Shown in pieces: positions 50,663 to 61,569 of a stretch of DNA of 64,000 nt; within the stretch, counting starts at the first letter, position 1, and every line of letters begins with the position of its first letter. Source of the DNA: an uncultured delta proteobacterium (lineage in GTDB: Bacteria; Desulfobacterota; Binatia; UBA9968); NCBI GenBank assembly GCA_963745035.1, contig CAVUVW010000013.1, positions 128,001 to 192,000 of the forward strand. The letters run 5' to 3'. The notes beneath the pieces were generated by a model. That model was not told the DNA's origin. It searched no databases and saw only the letters and a list, made by a program, of their open reading frames with translations. Made by a program: the position numbers and the translations under genes.

Positions 50663-52909
50663 ATGAAAAAGGCGATCGTCATCGTTCTTGTGCTGGCTGC
50701 GATCGTTGCCGGCGCCGTGCTCCTGCCCGTGCGCCAATGGTTCATGGAATTTGAGAGCTATGTGAAATCGCTGGGCGCCATCGGCCCGGTAGCGGTGGTG
50801 TTGGTATATGTTCTTTGCACGGTGCTTTTCATCCCGGGGAGCGCAATCACGATCGGCGCGGGAACATTGTTCGGCCTAAAGACCGGCTTTGTCGTCGCCG
50901 TGCTGGGCGCCAATCTCGGCGCGCTCTGTGCGTTTTTACTGGCGCGCACTTTCTTGCGGGAAAAAGTGGCCACCTGGGCCACAGCGAATCCGAAGTTTCG
51001 CTCGCTCGACCACGCAATCGGCGGCCAAGGTTTCAAAATGGTGCTGCTCACGCGTCTGAGCCCGGTTTTCCCATTTGTTTTGCTGAACTATTTTCTCGGC
51101 CTGACCGCCGTTCGCGCCGGCTCGTACGTTCTGGCCAATCTGCTGGGCATGCTGCCGGCGACATTTCTCTTTGTGTACATCGGCGCGGCGGCGCGCGACG
51201 CCATCGCCGGACAACCAGATGCGACGGCCGATTTCTATCGAGAGATGCTGAAATACGTTGGTTTGGCCGCCACCGTTGCCGTCGTCGTGATCGTGACGCG
51301 GATCGCACGCAAAGCTTTGCGGGAGGCCGAGCAGGCGCAGGAAGGCAGTGTGGGCTCGGAAAAACCCCGCCTCGATGAAAACTTTCAACCGATACGATTC
51401 GACAAGATGGTGCTCGCCGGCGATGCGCATGACAGACAATTGGTCGAAAATTGCCATCCAACGGGGCGGGTCAACCCGTCGCCGTCGGGAAGGTACAATC
51501 TGGTCGTGATCGGCGGCGGCACGGCGGGATTGGTGAGCGCCGCGGGCGCCGCCGGTCTTGGCGCGAAAGTGGCGCTGATCGAGCGCAATCTCTTGGGCGG
51601 CGATTGCCTGAACGTCGGCTGCGTGCCGTCGAAAGGGGTGATTCGCGCGGCGCGCGCGGCGCACGACGCCGGCAACGGCGCCGCATTCGGCGTGAAATCG
51701 GCGGGCGAAGCCGAATTCGACTTTGGCGCCGCCATGGAGCGGATGCGCAAACTCCGCGCCGGGATCAGCGAGCACGATTCGGTCGAACGTTTCACCAAGC
51801 TCGGCGTCGACGTGTTTCTCGGCAACGGCCGCTTTGCAGGTCCGAACGCCATCGAAGTCGACGGCAAGAAGCTGCAATTCGCTCGCGCCGTGATCGCGAG
51901 CGGCGCGCGCGCGGCCGAGGCGGCGATCCCAGGTCTGAGCGAGAGCGGATTCTATACCAACGAAACGATTTTCACGCTGACGGAATTGCCTCGACGTTTC
52001 GCGGTCATCGGCGCCGGTCCCATCGGCTGCGAGCTGGCGCAGAGCTTTCAGCGCTTTGGCAGCGAAGTCGCGTTGATCACCGACGGCTCAGAGATTCTGC
52101 CCAAAGAGGATCGCGACGCGGCAACGATCGTGCGCCGGCAGATCGAGAAAGACGGCGTGCGCGTTCTTACCGCCGCGAAGGTTCAACAAGTAAGAGCCGA
52201 AGGGAATACGAAGAGTTTGTCGCTGAGCGCCGGCGATCGGGCTTTGGAGATCGACTGCGATGCCATTCTCGTTGCCATCGGGCGCACGCCGAATCTGGAG
52301 AATCTCGGTTTGGACGAGGCAGGAGTGCGTTACAACGCTCGCGGCATCGAGGTGGACGCACGGCTGCGCACGACTAACCGGCGCATTTTCGCCGCCGGCG
52401 ATGTCTGCTCGCGCTACCAGTTCACCCACGCCGCCGACGCGATGGCGCGCATCGTCATCGCCAACGCGCTGTTCATGGCGCGGCGCAAGGTGACGGACCT
52501 CATCATTCCATGGTGCACTTACACCGATCCGGAGATCGCGCACGTCGGTTATTACGAGAAAGACGCGCGCAACGCGGGCTTCTCTGTGGAGACGATTACA
52601 GAGTACTTAAGTCGCGTGGACCGAGCTGTTCTCGACGGCGAAAGCGACGGCTTTGCGCGGGTGCACTACGATAAAAAGTCCGGCAAAATTCTTGGTGCGA
52701 CCATCGTAGCCCGCCATGCCGGTGAAATGATCAGTGAGTTGACCCTGGCGATCGGCGCCAAGCAGGGGATCGGTGTGCTATCCTCGACCATTCATCCGTA
52801 TCCCACGCAGGCCGAAGTGCTGCGCAAAATCGGCGACGCCTACATGCGCGCCAAGCTGACGCCGGCGGTGAAGAAAGTTTTCGGCAAATGGTTGGAGTGG
52901 CGACGATGA
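50663..52909 (+). CDS. TVP38/VTT (DedA) membrane domain fused to a mercuric-reductase-like pyridine nucleotide-disulfide oxidoreductase
   Basis: N-terminal LFIPGS..TRLSPVFPF..LNY..GLT; GGGTAG, GGDCLNVGCVPSK, GAGPIGCE, FTHAAD, IHPYPT. Confidence 0.87.
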   Translation: MKKAIVIVLVLAAIVAGAVLLPVRQWFMEFESYVKSLGAIGPVAVVLVYVLCTVLFIPGSAITIGAGTLFGLKTGFVVAVLGANLGALCAFLLARTFLREKVATWATANPKFRSLDHAIGGQGFKMVLLTRLSPVFPFVLLNYFLGLTAVRAGSYVLANLLGMLPATFLFVYIGAAARDAIAGQPDATADFYREMLKYVGLAATVAVVVIVTRIARKALREAEQAQEGSVGSEKPRLDENFQPIRFDKMVLAGDAHDRQLVENCHPTGRVNPSPSGRYNLVVIGGGTAGLVSAAGAAGLGAKVALIERNLLGGDCLNVGCVPSKGVIRAARAAHDAGNGAAFGVKSAGEAEFDFGAAMERMRKLRAGISEHDSVERFTKLGVDVFLGNGRFAGPNAIEVDGKKLQFARAVIASGARAAEAAIPGLSESGFYTNETIFTLTELPRRFAVIGAGPIGCELAQSFQRFGSEVALITDGSEILPKEDRDAATIVRRQIEKDGVRVLTAAKVQQVRAEGNTKSLSLSAGDRALEIDCDAILVAIGRTPNLENLGLDEAGVRYNARGIEVDARLRTTNRRIFAAGDVCSRYQFTHAADAMARIVIANALFMARRKVTDLIIPWCTYTDPEIAHVGYYEKDARNAGFSVETITEYLSRVDRAVLDGESDGFARVHYDKKSGKILGATIVARHAGEMISELTLAIGAKQGIGVLSSTIHPYPTQAEVLRKIGDAYMRAKLTPAVKKVFGKWLEWRR

Positions 52910-52928
52910 AGAAAGCGAGGAGTGAAGG

Positions 52929-53786
52929 GTGAGGAGTGAGAAGTTTTCGCTGCGAAGAGCATCCATTCTATTTCTGGCGATCATAACGATTTTATATGGC
53001 GCTTCGGCGCGGGCGGCGCCGAAGGCGGAGCTCTGGGCGCGCTGGCAAAAGCACGATCCGGCGAGCCGGCAAAAAATCAACCATGGCGACTGGGACCGGT
53101 TTCTCAAGCAGTATGTCGTCACGGCCGATCCGTCGGGCATTTACCGCGTGCGCTACCATGCGGTCACGGTGGAAGATCGCAAAATTCTGAAAGGCTACCT
53201 GCAGGCCATGCAGGCGGTCGCCGTCTCGAACTACAGCCGCGCCGAACAACAGGCGTACTGGATCAATGTGTACAACGCCGCGACCGTGGACGTGATCTTG
53301 AGCCGTTTTCCGGTGGCTTCGATCCGCGACATCAATATTTCACCGGGACTTTTGGCGCGCGGGCCCTGGGGCGCGAAACTATTCTCGGTCGAAGGCGAGA
53401 GGCTCTCCCTCGACGATATCGAGCACCGCATCCTGCGGCCGATCTGGAAAGACAGTCGGCTTCACTACGCGCTCAACTGCGCGAGCCTGGGCTGTCCCAA
53501 CCTGCAAGCCGAAGCATACACCGCCGACAATACCGAGGCTCTGCTCGAACGCGGCGCGCGGGAGTTTATCAACCATCCGCGCGGCGTCGCGATTCAAAAG
53601 GGCCGGCTCCAGGTCTCGAGCATCTACGTTTGGTTTCAAGAAGATTTCGGCGGCGACGCGGAAGGTTTGATGGAGCATTGGCAGCAGTATGCCAATCCCC
53701 GGCTCGCCGACGCCTTGGAAAAATACAGCGGCGGTCTGGCGCATGATTATGATTGGCGGCTAAACGGCGTCGAGATCCCCAAGTAG
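52929..53786 (+). CDS. DUF547 family exported protein
   Basis: AYWINVYNA, LSLDDIEHRILR, LHYALNCASLGCP, SSIYVWFQEDF, YDWRLN. Confidence 0.88.
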   Translation: MRSEKFSLRRASILFLAIITILYGASARAAPKAELWARWQKHDPASRQKINHGDWDRFLKQYVVTADPSGIYRVRYHAVTVEDRKILKGYLQAMQAVAVSNYSRAEQQAYWINVYNAATVDVILSRFPVASIRDINISPGLLARGPWGAKLFSVEGERLSLDDIEHRILRPIWKDSRLHYALNCASLGCPNLQAEAYTADNTEALLERGAREFINHPRGVAIQKGRLQVSSIYVWFQEDFGGDAEGLMEHWQQYANPRLADALEKYSGGLAHDYDWRLNGVEIPK

Positions 53787-53869
53787 AGAGAGATGGAATC
53801 GGAACCGGATGATTCACCAAAAAGGCACGAAGAGCACGAAGTTGTAGGGCGAACCAACAGCGCTCGGCG

Positions 53870-54547
53870 ATGAAGATCTCGGTCATCGTTCCTGTTCTCA
53901 ACGAAGAAGCGACCATCGCGGCGACGCTGGGCGCGCTGGCGGCGCTCGCGCCTTATGAAGTCATCGTCGTCGATGGCGGCAGCGTCGATCGCACCCGCGA
54001 CATCGCGGCCCGGTCCGGCGGTCAGGTTTTGTCCGCGGAACGCGGCCGTGCCAGGCAGATGAACCGCGGCGCGGCGCGTGCGAGCGGCGAGGTCTTGCTG
54101 TTTCTGCACGCCGACACCCGATTGCCGGATTCGGCTTTCTCGGACATCGCCGCGGCGCTCAACGATCCGCGCTGTCTCGGCGGGCGCTTTGACGTCGAGC
54201 TCGAAGGAAGCCACCGGATGCTCAAGCTCGTCGGCGCGCTGATCAACTATCGTTCGCGCGTCACGAAAGTCGGCACCGGGGATCAGGCAATCTTTCTGCG
54301 GCGCGAAATTTTTTTGCGCATGGGCGGCTATCCCGACATCCCGTTGATGGAAGACATCGCGCTCTGCCGCGCGCTCAAGCGCATGGGCGCGGTCGCCTGT
54401 CTGCGCAGCCGGGTGGTCACTTCGGCGCGGCGCTGGGAGAACGACGGCGTGTGGCGGACCATCGTCCGGATGTGGACGCTCAAGCTTCTCTATCTCGCCG
54501 GGGTCTCGCCCGCGCGCTTGAAGCAATTCTATGCCGACACGCGTTGA
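53870..54547 (+). CDS. GT2 glycosyltransferase (TIGR04283 / arsenosugar-associated type)
   Basis: ISVIVPVLNEE, VDGGS, GRARQMN, FLHADT, GDQAIF, PLMED, TSARRW. Confidence 0.9.
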   Translation: MKISVIVPVLNEEATIAATLGALAALAPYEVIVVDGGSVDRTRDIAARSGGQVLSAERGRARQMNRGAARASGEVLLFLHADTRLPDSAFSDIAAALNDPRCLGGRFDVELEGSHRMLKLVGALINYRSRVTKVGTGDQAIFLRREIFLRMGGYPDIPLMEDIALCRALKRMGAVACLRSRVVTSARRWENDGVWRTIVRMWTLKLLYLAGVSPARLKQFYADTR

Positions 54548-55214
54548 CGCCCTGGCCGTCATGGCCAAAGCGCCGGTGCCCGGGCTGGTGAAAACCCGCC
54601 TGGCGCCGCCGCTCACGGCGGAACAGGCGGCCGAGCTCTGCCGCGCGCTGCTGCTGGATCAGCTCGAGCATCTGACGGCGCTTCGAAACGCCGATCTGTA
54701 TCTCGCTTTTGCGCCGGAAGACGCCGCTTCGATGATGGCGAGCCTGGCGCCGCCGCGCTATCAATGTTTTCCGCAGCGCGGCGATGATCTCGGCGCACGC
54801 ATGGAAAACGTTCTTGCCGAGCTGTGGCGCCGCGGGCACCGCCATGCGCTGCTCATCGGCGGCGACCTGCCGCCGGTGCCGCTGGAGTTTTTCGATCGAG
54901 CGTTTGCGCGCCTGGCGGTCGATCGACATCGGGTGGTTCTGGGGCCGAGCCGGGACGGCGGGTATTATCTCATCGGCATGAACAGACCGGCGCCGCAGAT
55001 CTTTTCCGCCATGACTTGGAGCCACAATCAAGTCCTGGCCGAAACTACCGAGCGGCTTGTCCGCATCGGCATCGATTTTACTTTGCTGCCGGAGTGGTTC
55101 GATGTAGATTGCGCCGCCGATCTGGACCGTTTGCGGGCGTTGAGCGATCCGGCGTTGCGAGCCGCGATGAAGAGGACGCTCGTTTGTCTTAGCGTCGGTT
55201 TCTCACCGGTTTGA
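54531..55214 (+). CDS. DUF2064 / TIGR04282-type glycosyltransferase-like protein
   Basis: MAKAPVPGLVKTRL, QRGDDLGARM, IGGDLP, LGPSRDGGYYLIG, WFDVD. Confidence 0.9.
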   Translation: MPTRVDALAVMAKAPVPGLVKTRLAPPLTAEQAAELCRALLLDQLEHLTALRNADLYLAFAPEDAASMMASLAPPRYQCFPQRGDDLGARMENVLAELWRRGHRHALLIGGDLPPVPLEFFDRAFARLAVDRHRVVLGPSRDGGYYLIGMNRPAPQIFSAMTWSHNQVLAETTERLVRIGIDFTLLPEWFDVDCAADLDRLRALSDPALRAAMKRTLVCLSVGFSPV

Positions 55215-55356
55215 CGACGACATTCGCTGCCACACTCATCTTCCCCGCGCTGTATTAAATGATCGACGCGCTGCTGACCTCGCGGCGCGAAAGTGCTAGA
55301 AGTATTTTTATCAACCCAACCCTTGCGCCGGCGCGCCCGGTGAGACAGGCAGAATT

Positions 55357-57408
55357 ATGAGTCAAGCGATCGATCAGTTGTGCATCAACGCCATCCGCGC
55401 CCTGTCGATGGACGCTGTGCAGCAGGCCAACTCGGGCCATCCCGGGGCGCCCATGGGCCTTGCGCCGGCGGCGTACGTTTTATGGACGCGTTTTCTCAAA
55501 CACAACCCGACAAATCCCGATTGGCCGGATCGCGACCGCTTCGTGCTCTCGGCGGGACATGGATCGATGCTGCTTTACAGCATGCTCCATCTCACCGGCT
55601 ACGATCTGCCGCTCGAACAGATCAAGCAATTTCGCCAGTGGGGGAGCCGCACGCCCGGCCATCCCGAGCGCGAGCTCACGCCGGGGGTGGAGACGACCAC
55701 CGGCCCGCTTGGCCAGGGCTTCGGTAACGGCGTCGGCATGGCGATTGCGGAAGCGCACCTGGCGGCGCGCTACAACCGCCCGGGTTTCGACATCGTCGAT
55801 CACTTCACCTACGGGATCGTCAGCGACGGCGACTTGATGGAAGGCGTGGCATCGGAAGCGGCGAGCCTCGCCGGCCATCTCAAACTCGGCAAGCTCATCT
55901 ATATTTACGACAACAATCGGATCTCGCTTGCCGGCGCGGCCGATCTGAGCTTCACCGAAGATTGCGCCAAGCGTTTCGAGGCCTACGGCTGGCATACGGT
56001 AGCGGTCGACGACGGCAACGACGTCGGCGCCATCGAGCACGCGCTCGGCGCGGCGCGCGGCGAGCGCGCGCGGCCGTCGCTGATCTTGCTGCGCACCCAC
56101 ATCGGCTTCGGCTCGCCGGGCAAACAGGACAGCTTCGAGGCGCACGGCTCGCCGCTCGGTGCCGCCGAAGTCAAAGCGACCAAGGAAAAACTCGGCTGGC
56201 CGGTGGAGCCGCCGTTTTATCTGCCCGATGATGCCTTGGCGTGTTTTCGCGAGGCGGTCGCCGCGGGGCAAAAAGCCGAAGCGGGCTGGAAGGAGCGCTT
56301 CAAAGCGTACAGCGACAAATTCCCAGAGGTCGCCAAGGAATTCGAGCAGGTCACGAGCGGCAAGTTGCCCGCCGGCTGGGAAGAATCGCTGCCGAGCTTT
56401 CCCGCCGACGCCAAAGGGCTGGCGACGCGCGCCGCGTCGGGGAAAATTCTCGCCGCGGTTGCGACCAAACTGCCGCAGTTGATCGGCGGCTCGGCCGATT
56501 TGAACCCATCGACCTTCACCGTGTTGCCGAAGCTCGGCGATTTTGAAAGCCCGGAGCGGACCGCCACCGACCAGCAGGGCGCGGTGGGCGGAGGCTGGGA
56601 TTATGCCGGTCGCAACGTCCACTTCGGCGTGCGCGAGCACGGCATGGGCGCGGCGCTGAACGGTATGGCGGCGCACGGCGGCGTCATTCCCTTCGGCTCG
56701 ACGTTTTTGATTTTCTCCGATTATCTGCGCCCGTCGATCCGCCTGGCGGCGCTGATGGAGCTCGGGGTGATTTATGTTTTCACCCACGACAGCATCGGCG
56801 TCGGCGAGGACGGACCGACGCACCAGCCGGTGGAGCAACTGGCGGCGCTACGCACGATCCCGCGGTTAATTGTCATCCGTCCGGGCGACGCCAATGAAAC
56901 CGCGGTAGCATGGCAGGTGGCGCTCGAAAGCCGCTCCTGTCCGGTCGCGCTGGTGCTCAGCAGACAGAACGTGCCGACCCTGGATCGCAGCCAACTGGCG
57001 CCGGCGGACGGCTTGCGCAAGGGCGCGTACATTTTGGTCGACGCTCCCGGCGGCAAACCGGACGTGATCCTGATCGGCACGGGATCTGAGCTTTCTTTAG
57101 TCGTGGGCGCGAAGGAAAAGCTGGCGGAGAAAAATGTTCGCGCACGGGTCGTGGCGATGCCCAGTTGGGAGCTCTTCGACCAGCAGCCGCAGCCCTACCG
57201 TGAAACCGTGTTGCCGAAGACCGTGCGCGCGCGCCTCGCGGTGGAAGCGGCGCTGCCCCTGGGCTGGCACCGCTACGTCGGCGACGGCGGCGATATTATC
57301 GGCGTGGAGCGGTTTGGCGCCTCGGCGCCGGGCAACGTGGTGATGGAAAAATTCGGCTTTACCGTGAATCACGTCGTCGAGCGCGCGGCTGCGCTGTTGG
57401 GAAAGTGA
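55357..57408 (+). CDS. tkt: Transketolase
   Basis: [45 protein letters not shown]. Confidence 0.97.
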   Translation: MSQAIDQLCINAIRALSMDAVQQANSGHPGAPMGLAPAAYVLWTRFLKHNPTNPDWPDRDRFVLSAGHGSMLLYSMLHLTGYDLPLEQIKQFRQWGSRTPGHPERELTPGVETTTGPLGQGFGNGVGMAIAEAHLAARYNRPGFDIVDHFTYGIVSDGDLMEGVASEAASLAGHLKLGKLIYIYDNNRISLAGAADLSFTEDCAKRFEAYGWHTVAVDDGNDVGAIEHALGAARGERARPSLILLRTHIGFGSPGKQDSFEAHGSPLGAAEVKATKEKLGWPVEPPFYLPDDALACFREAVAAGQKAEAGWKERFKAYSDKFPEVAKEFEQVTSGKLPAGWEESLPSFPADAKGLATRAASGKILAAVATKLPQLIGGSADLNPSTFTVLPKLGDFESPERTATDQQGAVGGGWDYAGRNVHFGVREHGMGAALNGMAAHGGVIPFGSTFLIFSDYLRPSIRLAALMELGVIYVFTHDSIGVGEDGPTHQPVEQLAALRTIPRLIVIRPGDANETAVAWQVALESRSCPVALVLSRQNVPTLDRSQLAPADGLRKGAYILVDAPGGKPDVILIGTGSELSLVVGAKEKLAEKNVRARVVAMPSWELFDQQPQPYRETVLPKTVRARLAVEAALPLGWHRYVGDGGDIIGVERFGASAPGNVVMEKFGFTVNHVVERAAALLGK

Positions 57409-57409
57409 C

Positions 57410-57886
57410 ATGCGCATCGCCATCGGCGCTGACCATGCCGGCTTTGCGTTGAAGCAAGTCCTTGCCGAGCACCTGCGCAAGCGGGGGCACGAGGTGATCG
57501 ATCAGGGCACCGGCAATGCCGATCCGGTGGATTACCCGGACTTCGCCGAGGCGGTGGCGAAGGTTTTACTGGACGGCCGGGCGGAGCGCGGCGTGCTGAT
57601 CTGCGGCAGCGGCGTCGGCGCTTCGGTGGCGGCGAATAAAGTTCCCGGCATTCGCGCCGGGCTGTGCCACGACACCTATTCGGCTCGCCAAGGGGTGGAG
57701 CACGACGACGCCAATTTGCTGGTGCTCGGCGCGCGGGTGATCGGCGTCGAGCTGGCGCGCGAATTGGTGGAGAATTTCCTGGCGGCGAAATTTACCGCAG
57801 AGGAGCGCCATCGCCGCCGAGTGGAGAAAATCGCAAGTCTGGAGCGGCGCTACGGCAAGAGCGGACAAAAGGGAGCAGCGCGATGA
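57410..57886 (+). CDS. rpiB: Ribose-5-phosphate isomerase B
   Basis: [33 protein letters not shown]. Confidence 0.96.
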   Translation: MRIAIGADHAGFALKQVLAEHLRKRGHEVIDQGTGNADPVDYPDFAEAVAKVLLDGRAERGVLICGSGVGASVAANKVPGIRAGLCHDTYSARQGVEHDDANLLVLGARVIGVELARELVENFLAAKFTAEERHRRRVEKIASLERRYGKSGQKGAAR

Positions 57887-60631
57887 ATTCTTTGAAAGAG
57901 CTGAGAGAGCAAGGTCAGTCCATCTGGCTGGATTTTATCCGGCGCAATCTGCTGCGCAGCGGCGAGCTCAAACGCATGGTCGAGGAGGACGGTCTCGGCG
58001 GCGTCACCAGCAATCCGACGATCTTCGAAAAAGCCATGGCCGGGAGCACCGACTACGATGATGCGCTGCGCGAAATTCTCGCCGCCAACCCGCAAATCGA
58101 GATCGGTAAGCTCTACGAGCGGCTGGCCATCGAAGACATCCAGCAAACCGCCGACGTGCTGCGCCCGGTCTATGACGCGACCCGCGGCGACGACGGTTAC
58201 GTGAGCCTGGAGGTGTCGCCCCATCTGGCGCACGACACCGCGGGCACGATCCAGGAAGCCAAGCGCCTGCGCGCGGCGGTGGACCGGCCCAATGTCATGA
58301 TCAAGGTGCCGGCTACTCCGGCCGGCATTCCCGCCATCGAGGAGCTAATCGCCGAGGGGATCAACATCAACGTCACTCTGATGTTCTCGATGGACCACTA
58401 CGAGGCGGTGGCGCGCGCTTACGCCAAAGGCCTGGAGCGCGCCGCCGATCCGTCCAAGATTGCCTCGGTGGCGTCGTTCTTCGTCAGCCGCGTCGACACG
58501 ATGGTCGACAAAGCACTGGAAGCCAACGGCACACCCGAGGCAAAGGCGCTGCTCGGCAAGATCGCCATCGCCAATTCGAAACTCGTCTACCGGCGCTTTC
58601 TGGAAATCTTTCACGGCGAGGGCTTCGCGGCCCTGCGCCAGCGCGGCGCGCGCGTGCAGCGCCCGTTGTGGGCGAGCACGGGAACCAAGAACCCGGCATA
58701 CTCCGACGCGCTTTACGTCGAAAATCTGATCGGCCCGGAAACCGTCAATACGCTGCCGCCCGAGACCTTGAATGCGTTCCGCGATCACGGCAAGGTTCCC
58801 GGCCCGACCGTGAAAGAAAACTTGGCCGAGGCGGAAGAGGCGCTGGGACGTCTGTCACAGCTCGGCATCCATCTCAACGCGATAACCGAAAAGCTCCAGG
58901 AAGACGGCGTGAGCGCTTTTGCCGCGTCGTTCGATCAGTTGATGGCTGCGCTCGAAAAAAAGCGCCAGGCGATGGCCGGCGCGGAGCTCGACGGCTTGGA
59001 ACTGCATTTGGGAAAATATCAGCGCCGCGTGGAGCGGCGGCTCAAAGGATGGCGCGAGAGCCGGTTCGCCAAGCGGCGTGTGGGAAAAGGACCACACCCT
59101 GTGGTCGAGCGAGCCGCAGCCGGAGCTGACCGATCGCCTGGGCTGGCTCGAATTGCCTTCGACCATGGAAAAACAGGCCGCCGATTTGCGCTCCTTCGCC
59201 GAGCAGGTCAAAGCCGACGGCATCAAGCACATCGTGATCCTCGGCATGGGCGGGTCGAGCCTGGCGCCGGAAGTGTTTCAGCAAACCTTCGGCAATGCGC
59301 CGGGCTATCCCGAGCTGCAAGTGCTCGACAGCACGCATCCGGCGGCGGTGAAGACCGTGGAAGCGCGCATCGATCCGGCGCACACGCTGTTTGTCGTGTC
59401 GAGCAAGTCGGGCACGACCACGGAAACCAATTCGTTTTTCTTTTACTTCTGGGAGCGCCTGAAGCAGTTGAAAAGCGATCCCGGCGGCAACTTCGCGGCG
59501 ATCACCGATCCCGGCACACCGCTCGAAACCCTCGCCAAGGAGAGGAATTTCCGGGCAACGTTCAGCGCTCCGGAGGACGTCGGCGGCCGCTACTCGGCGC
59601 TCACGGTATTCGGTTTGGTGCCCGCGGCTTTGATCGGCGTCGATCTCGACGCGCTGCTGACACGGGCGCGGCAGATGAGCGATGCCTGCCGCGCGACTGA
59701 CGGCGAAAATCCCGGTTTGACTCTCGGCGCGGCGTTGGGCGAGCTCACCCTAGCCAAGCGCGACAAAGTGACTTTTCTCTGTTCGCCGTCGCTCGCCGCG
59801 TTTCCCTCCTGGGCAGAGCAGCTCATCGCCGAGAGCACCGGCAAGGAGCGCAAGGGCATCGTGCCGGTTGCCGGCGAGCATTTGGCCTCGCCGGATCGCT
59901 ACGGTGATGATCGCCTGTTTATTTGTCTCCGCTTTGCCGGCGACGAAAACCACGACCTCGATCGTCGCCTGGCGGCGCTCCAGGCCAACGGCCATCCGGT
60001 ACTGCGCATCGACGTGCGCGACAAAAACGATCTCGGCCAGGAGTTTTTCCGCTGGGAGCTCGCGGTGGCGGCGGCGGGCGCGGCCATCGGCATCCATCCC
60101 TTCAATCAGCCCGACGTGCAGCTCGCCAAAGACCTGGCCAAAAAAGCAATGAGCGAGGGCGCCAAGGCCGGCGCCAAGCGCAAAGAGGAAGTTGCCGCCG
60201 CGGATGGCGCGGCCTTGCGCACGGCGCTGACGTCGTGGATGGGAAAGAAAAAGGCGCGCGACTATGTCGCCGTGCAGGCATACATTCAACCGGCCGGGGA
60301 AAACGGCGCAGAGCTGCAAAATATTTGCGCCGCGCTGCAAGAGCGACTCGGCGCGGCGACCACTCTTGGCTTTGGGCCGCGCTTTCTCCATTCGACCGGC
60401 CAGCTCCATAAGGGCGGCTCGAGATCGGTGCTGGTCTTGCAGATCGTCGATCAGCCGGCGGATAATTTAGCCGTGCCGGAAACCAACTACACGTTCGACG
60501 CTTTGATCCAGGCTCAGGCATTGGGCGATCTGGCGGCGCTCAAACAACGCCGCCGACGCGTGCTCCGGATAAATCTCGGCAGTGATACGGCCGGAGGGCT
60601 GCAGCGTTTGCTCGGCGCGCTGCGCGAATAG
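57883..60631 (+). CDS. Bifunctional transaldolase / glucose-6-phosphate isomerase; indel near 59075
   Basis: Tal part: [31 protein letters not shown]. Pgi part: [36 protein letters not shown]. Confidence 0.92.
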
Positions 60632-60667
60632 TTTGTCGGCGATGACGATCCGACGAAGGAGAAAAGC

Positions 60668-61564
60668 ATGGAACTGGGCATGATCGGGCTCGGCCGCATG
60701 GGCGCTAACATGTCGGAGAGGCTGGTGCGCGCCGGCCATCGGGTGATCAGCTACGATCGCAGCGCGGAGGCGATTCAACGGGTAGTCGACAAGGGCGCGG
60801 TCGGCGCCCATTCGCTCGCCGACTTCGTCAAACAGCTTACTTTGCCGCGGGCGATCTGGCTCATGGTGCCGTCGGGCGACGCGGTGGATCAAACCATCGA
60901 GCAACTGCTGCCGCTCTCCAACGAGGGCGATATCATCGTCGACGGCGGCAACTCCAACTACAAAGATTCGATCCGCCGCGCCGCCAAGTTGTCCGCGCAG
61001 CGCCTGCGCTTCATCGACGCGGGGACCAGCGGCGGCATCTGGGGCTTGGAAAACGGCTACTGCATGATGGTCGGCGGCGAGACCGATGCGGTCGAGCGGC
61101 TGGCGCCGATCTTTACGGCGCTGGCGCCGCCGGACGGCTATCTGCACGTCGGACCGAGCGGCGCCGGCCATTTCGTCAAGATGATTCACAACGGCATCGA
61201 GTACGGTATGATGCAGGCTTACGGCGAGGGCTTCGAATTGTTGAAGGCCTCGCGCTTCGACCTCGATCTGGCGAAAATCGCCCACCTGTGGAATCAGGGC
61301 AGCGTGGTGCGCTCCTGGCTGCTAGAGTTGGCCGAGAACGCTTTTGCGAAAGATGCCAAGCTCGATGCGATCAAAGGGTACGTCGAAGATTCCGGCGAGG
61401 GGCGCTGGACGGTCGAGGAAGCGATCGACAAGAGCGTGCCGGCGCCGGTGCTCATGCTCTCGTTGTTTGCCCGCTTCGCGTCGCGCCAGGACGACTCTTT
61501 TTCGGCCAAGGTCGTGGCTGCCTTGCGCAACGAATTCGGCGGCCATACGGTCAAGCGAGGCTAG
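60668..61564 (+). CDS. gnd: 6-phosphogluconate dehydrogenase (short, decarboxylating)
   Basis: GLGRMG, DGGNS, SGG, GHFVKMIHNGIEYG, RNEFGGH. Confidence 0.96.
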   Translation: MELGMIGLGRMGANMSERLVRAGHRVISYDRSAEAIQRVVDKGAVGAHSLADFVKQLTLPRAIWLMVPSGDAVDQTIEQLLPLSNEGDIIVDGGNSNYKDSIRRAAKLSAQRLRFIDAGTSGGIWGLENGYCMMVGGETDAVERLAPIFTALAPPDGYLHVGPSGAGHFVKMIHNGIEYGMMQAYGEGFELLKASRFDLDLAKIAHLWNQGSVVRSWLLELAENAFAKDAKLDAIKGYVEDSGEGRWTVEEAIDKSVPAPVLMLSLFARFASRQDDSFSAKVVAALRNEFGGHTVKRG

Positions 61565-61569
61565 GCGGC

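Noticed and set aside
50663-52909. merA mercury resistance
   Set aside because: No C-terminal Cys pair, no NmerA domain, no merR/T/P.
57883-60631. Tal-Pgi fusion as a novelty
   Set aside because: This bifunctional architecture is already known in several bacterial phyla within pentose-phosphate operons.
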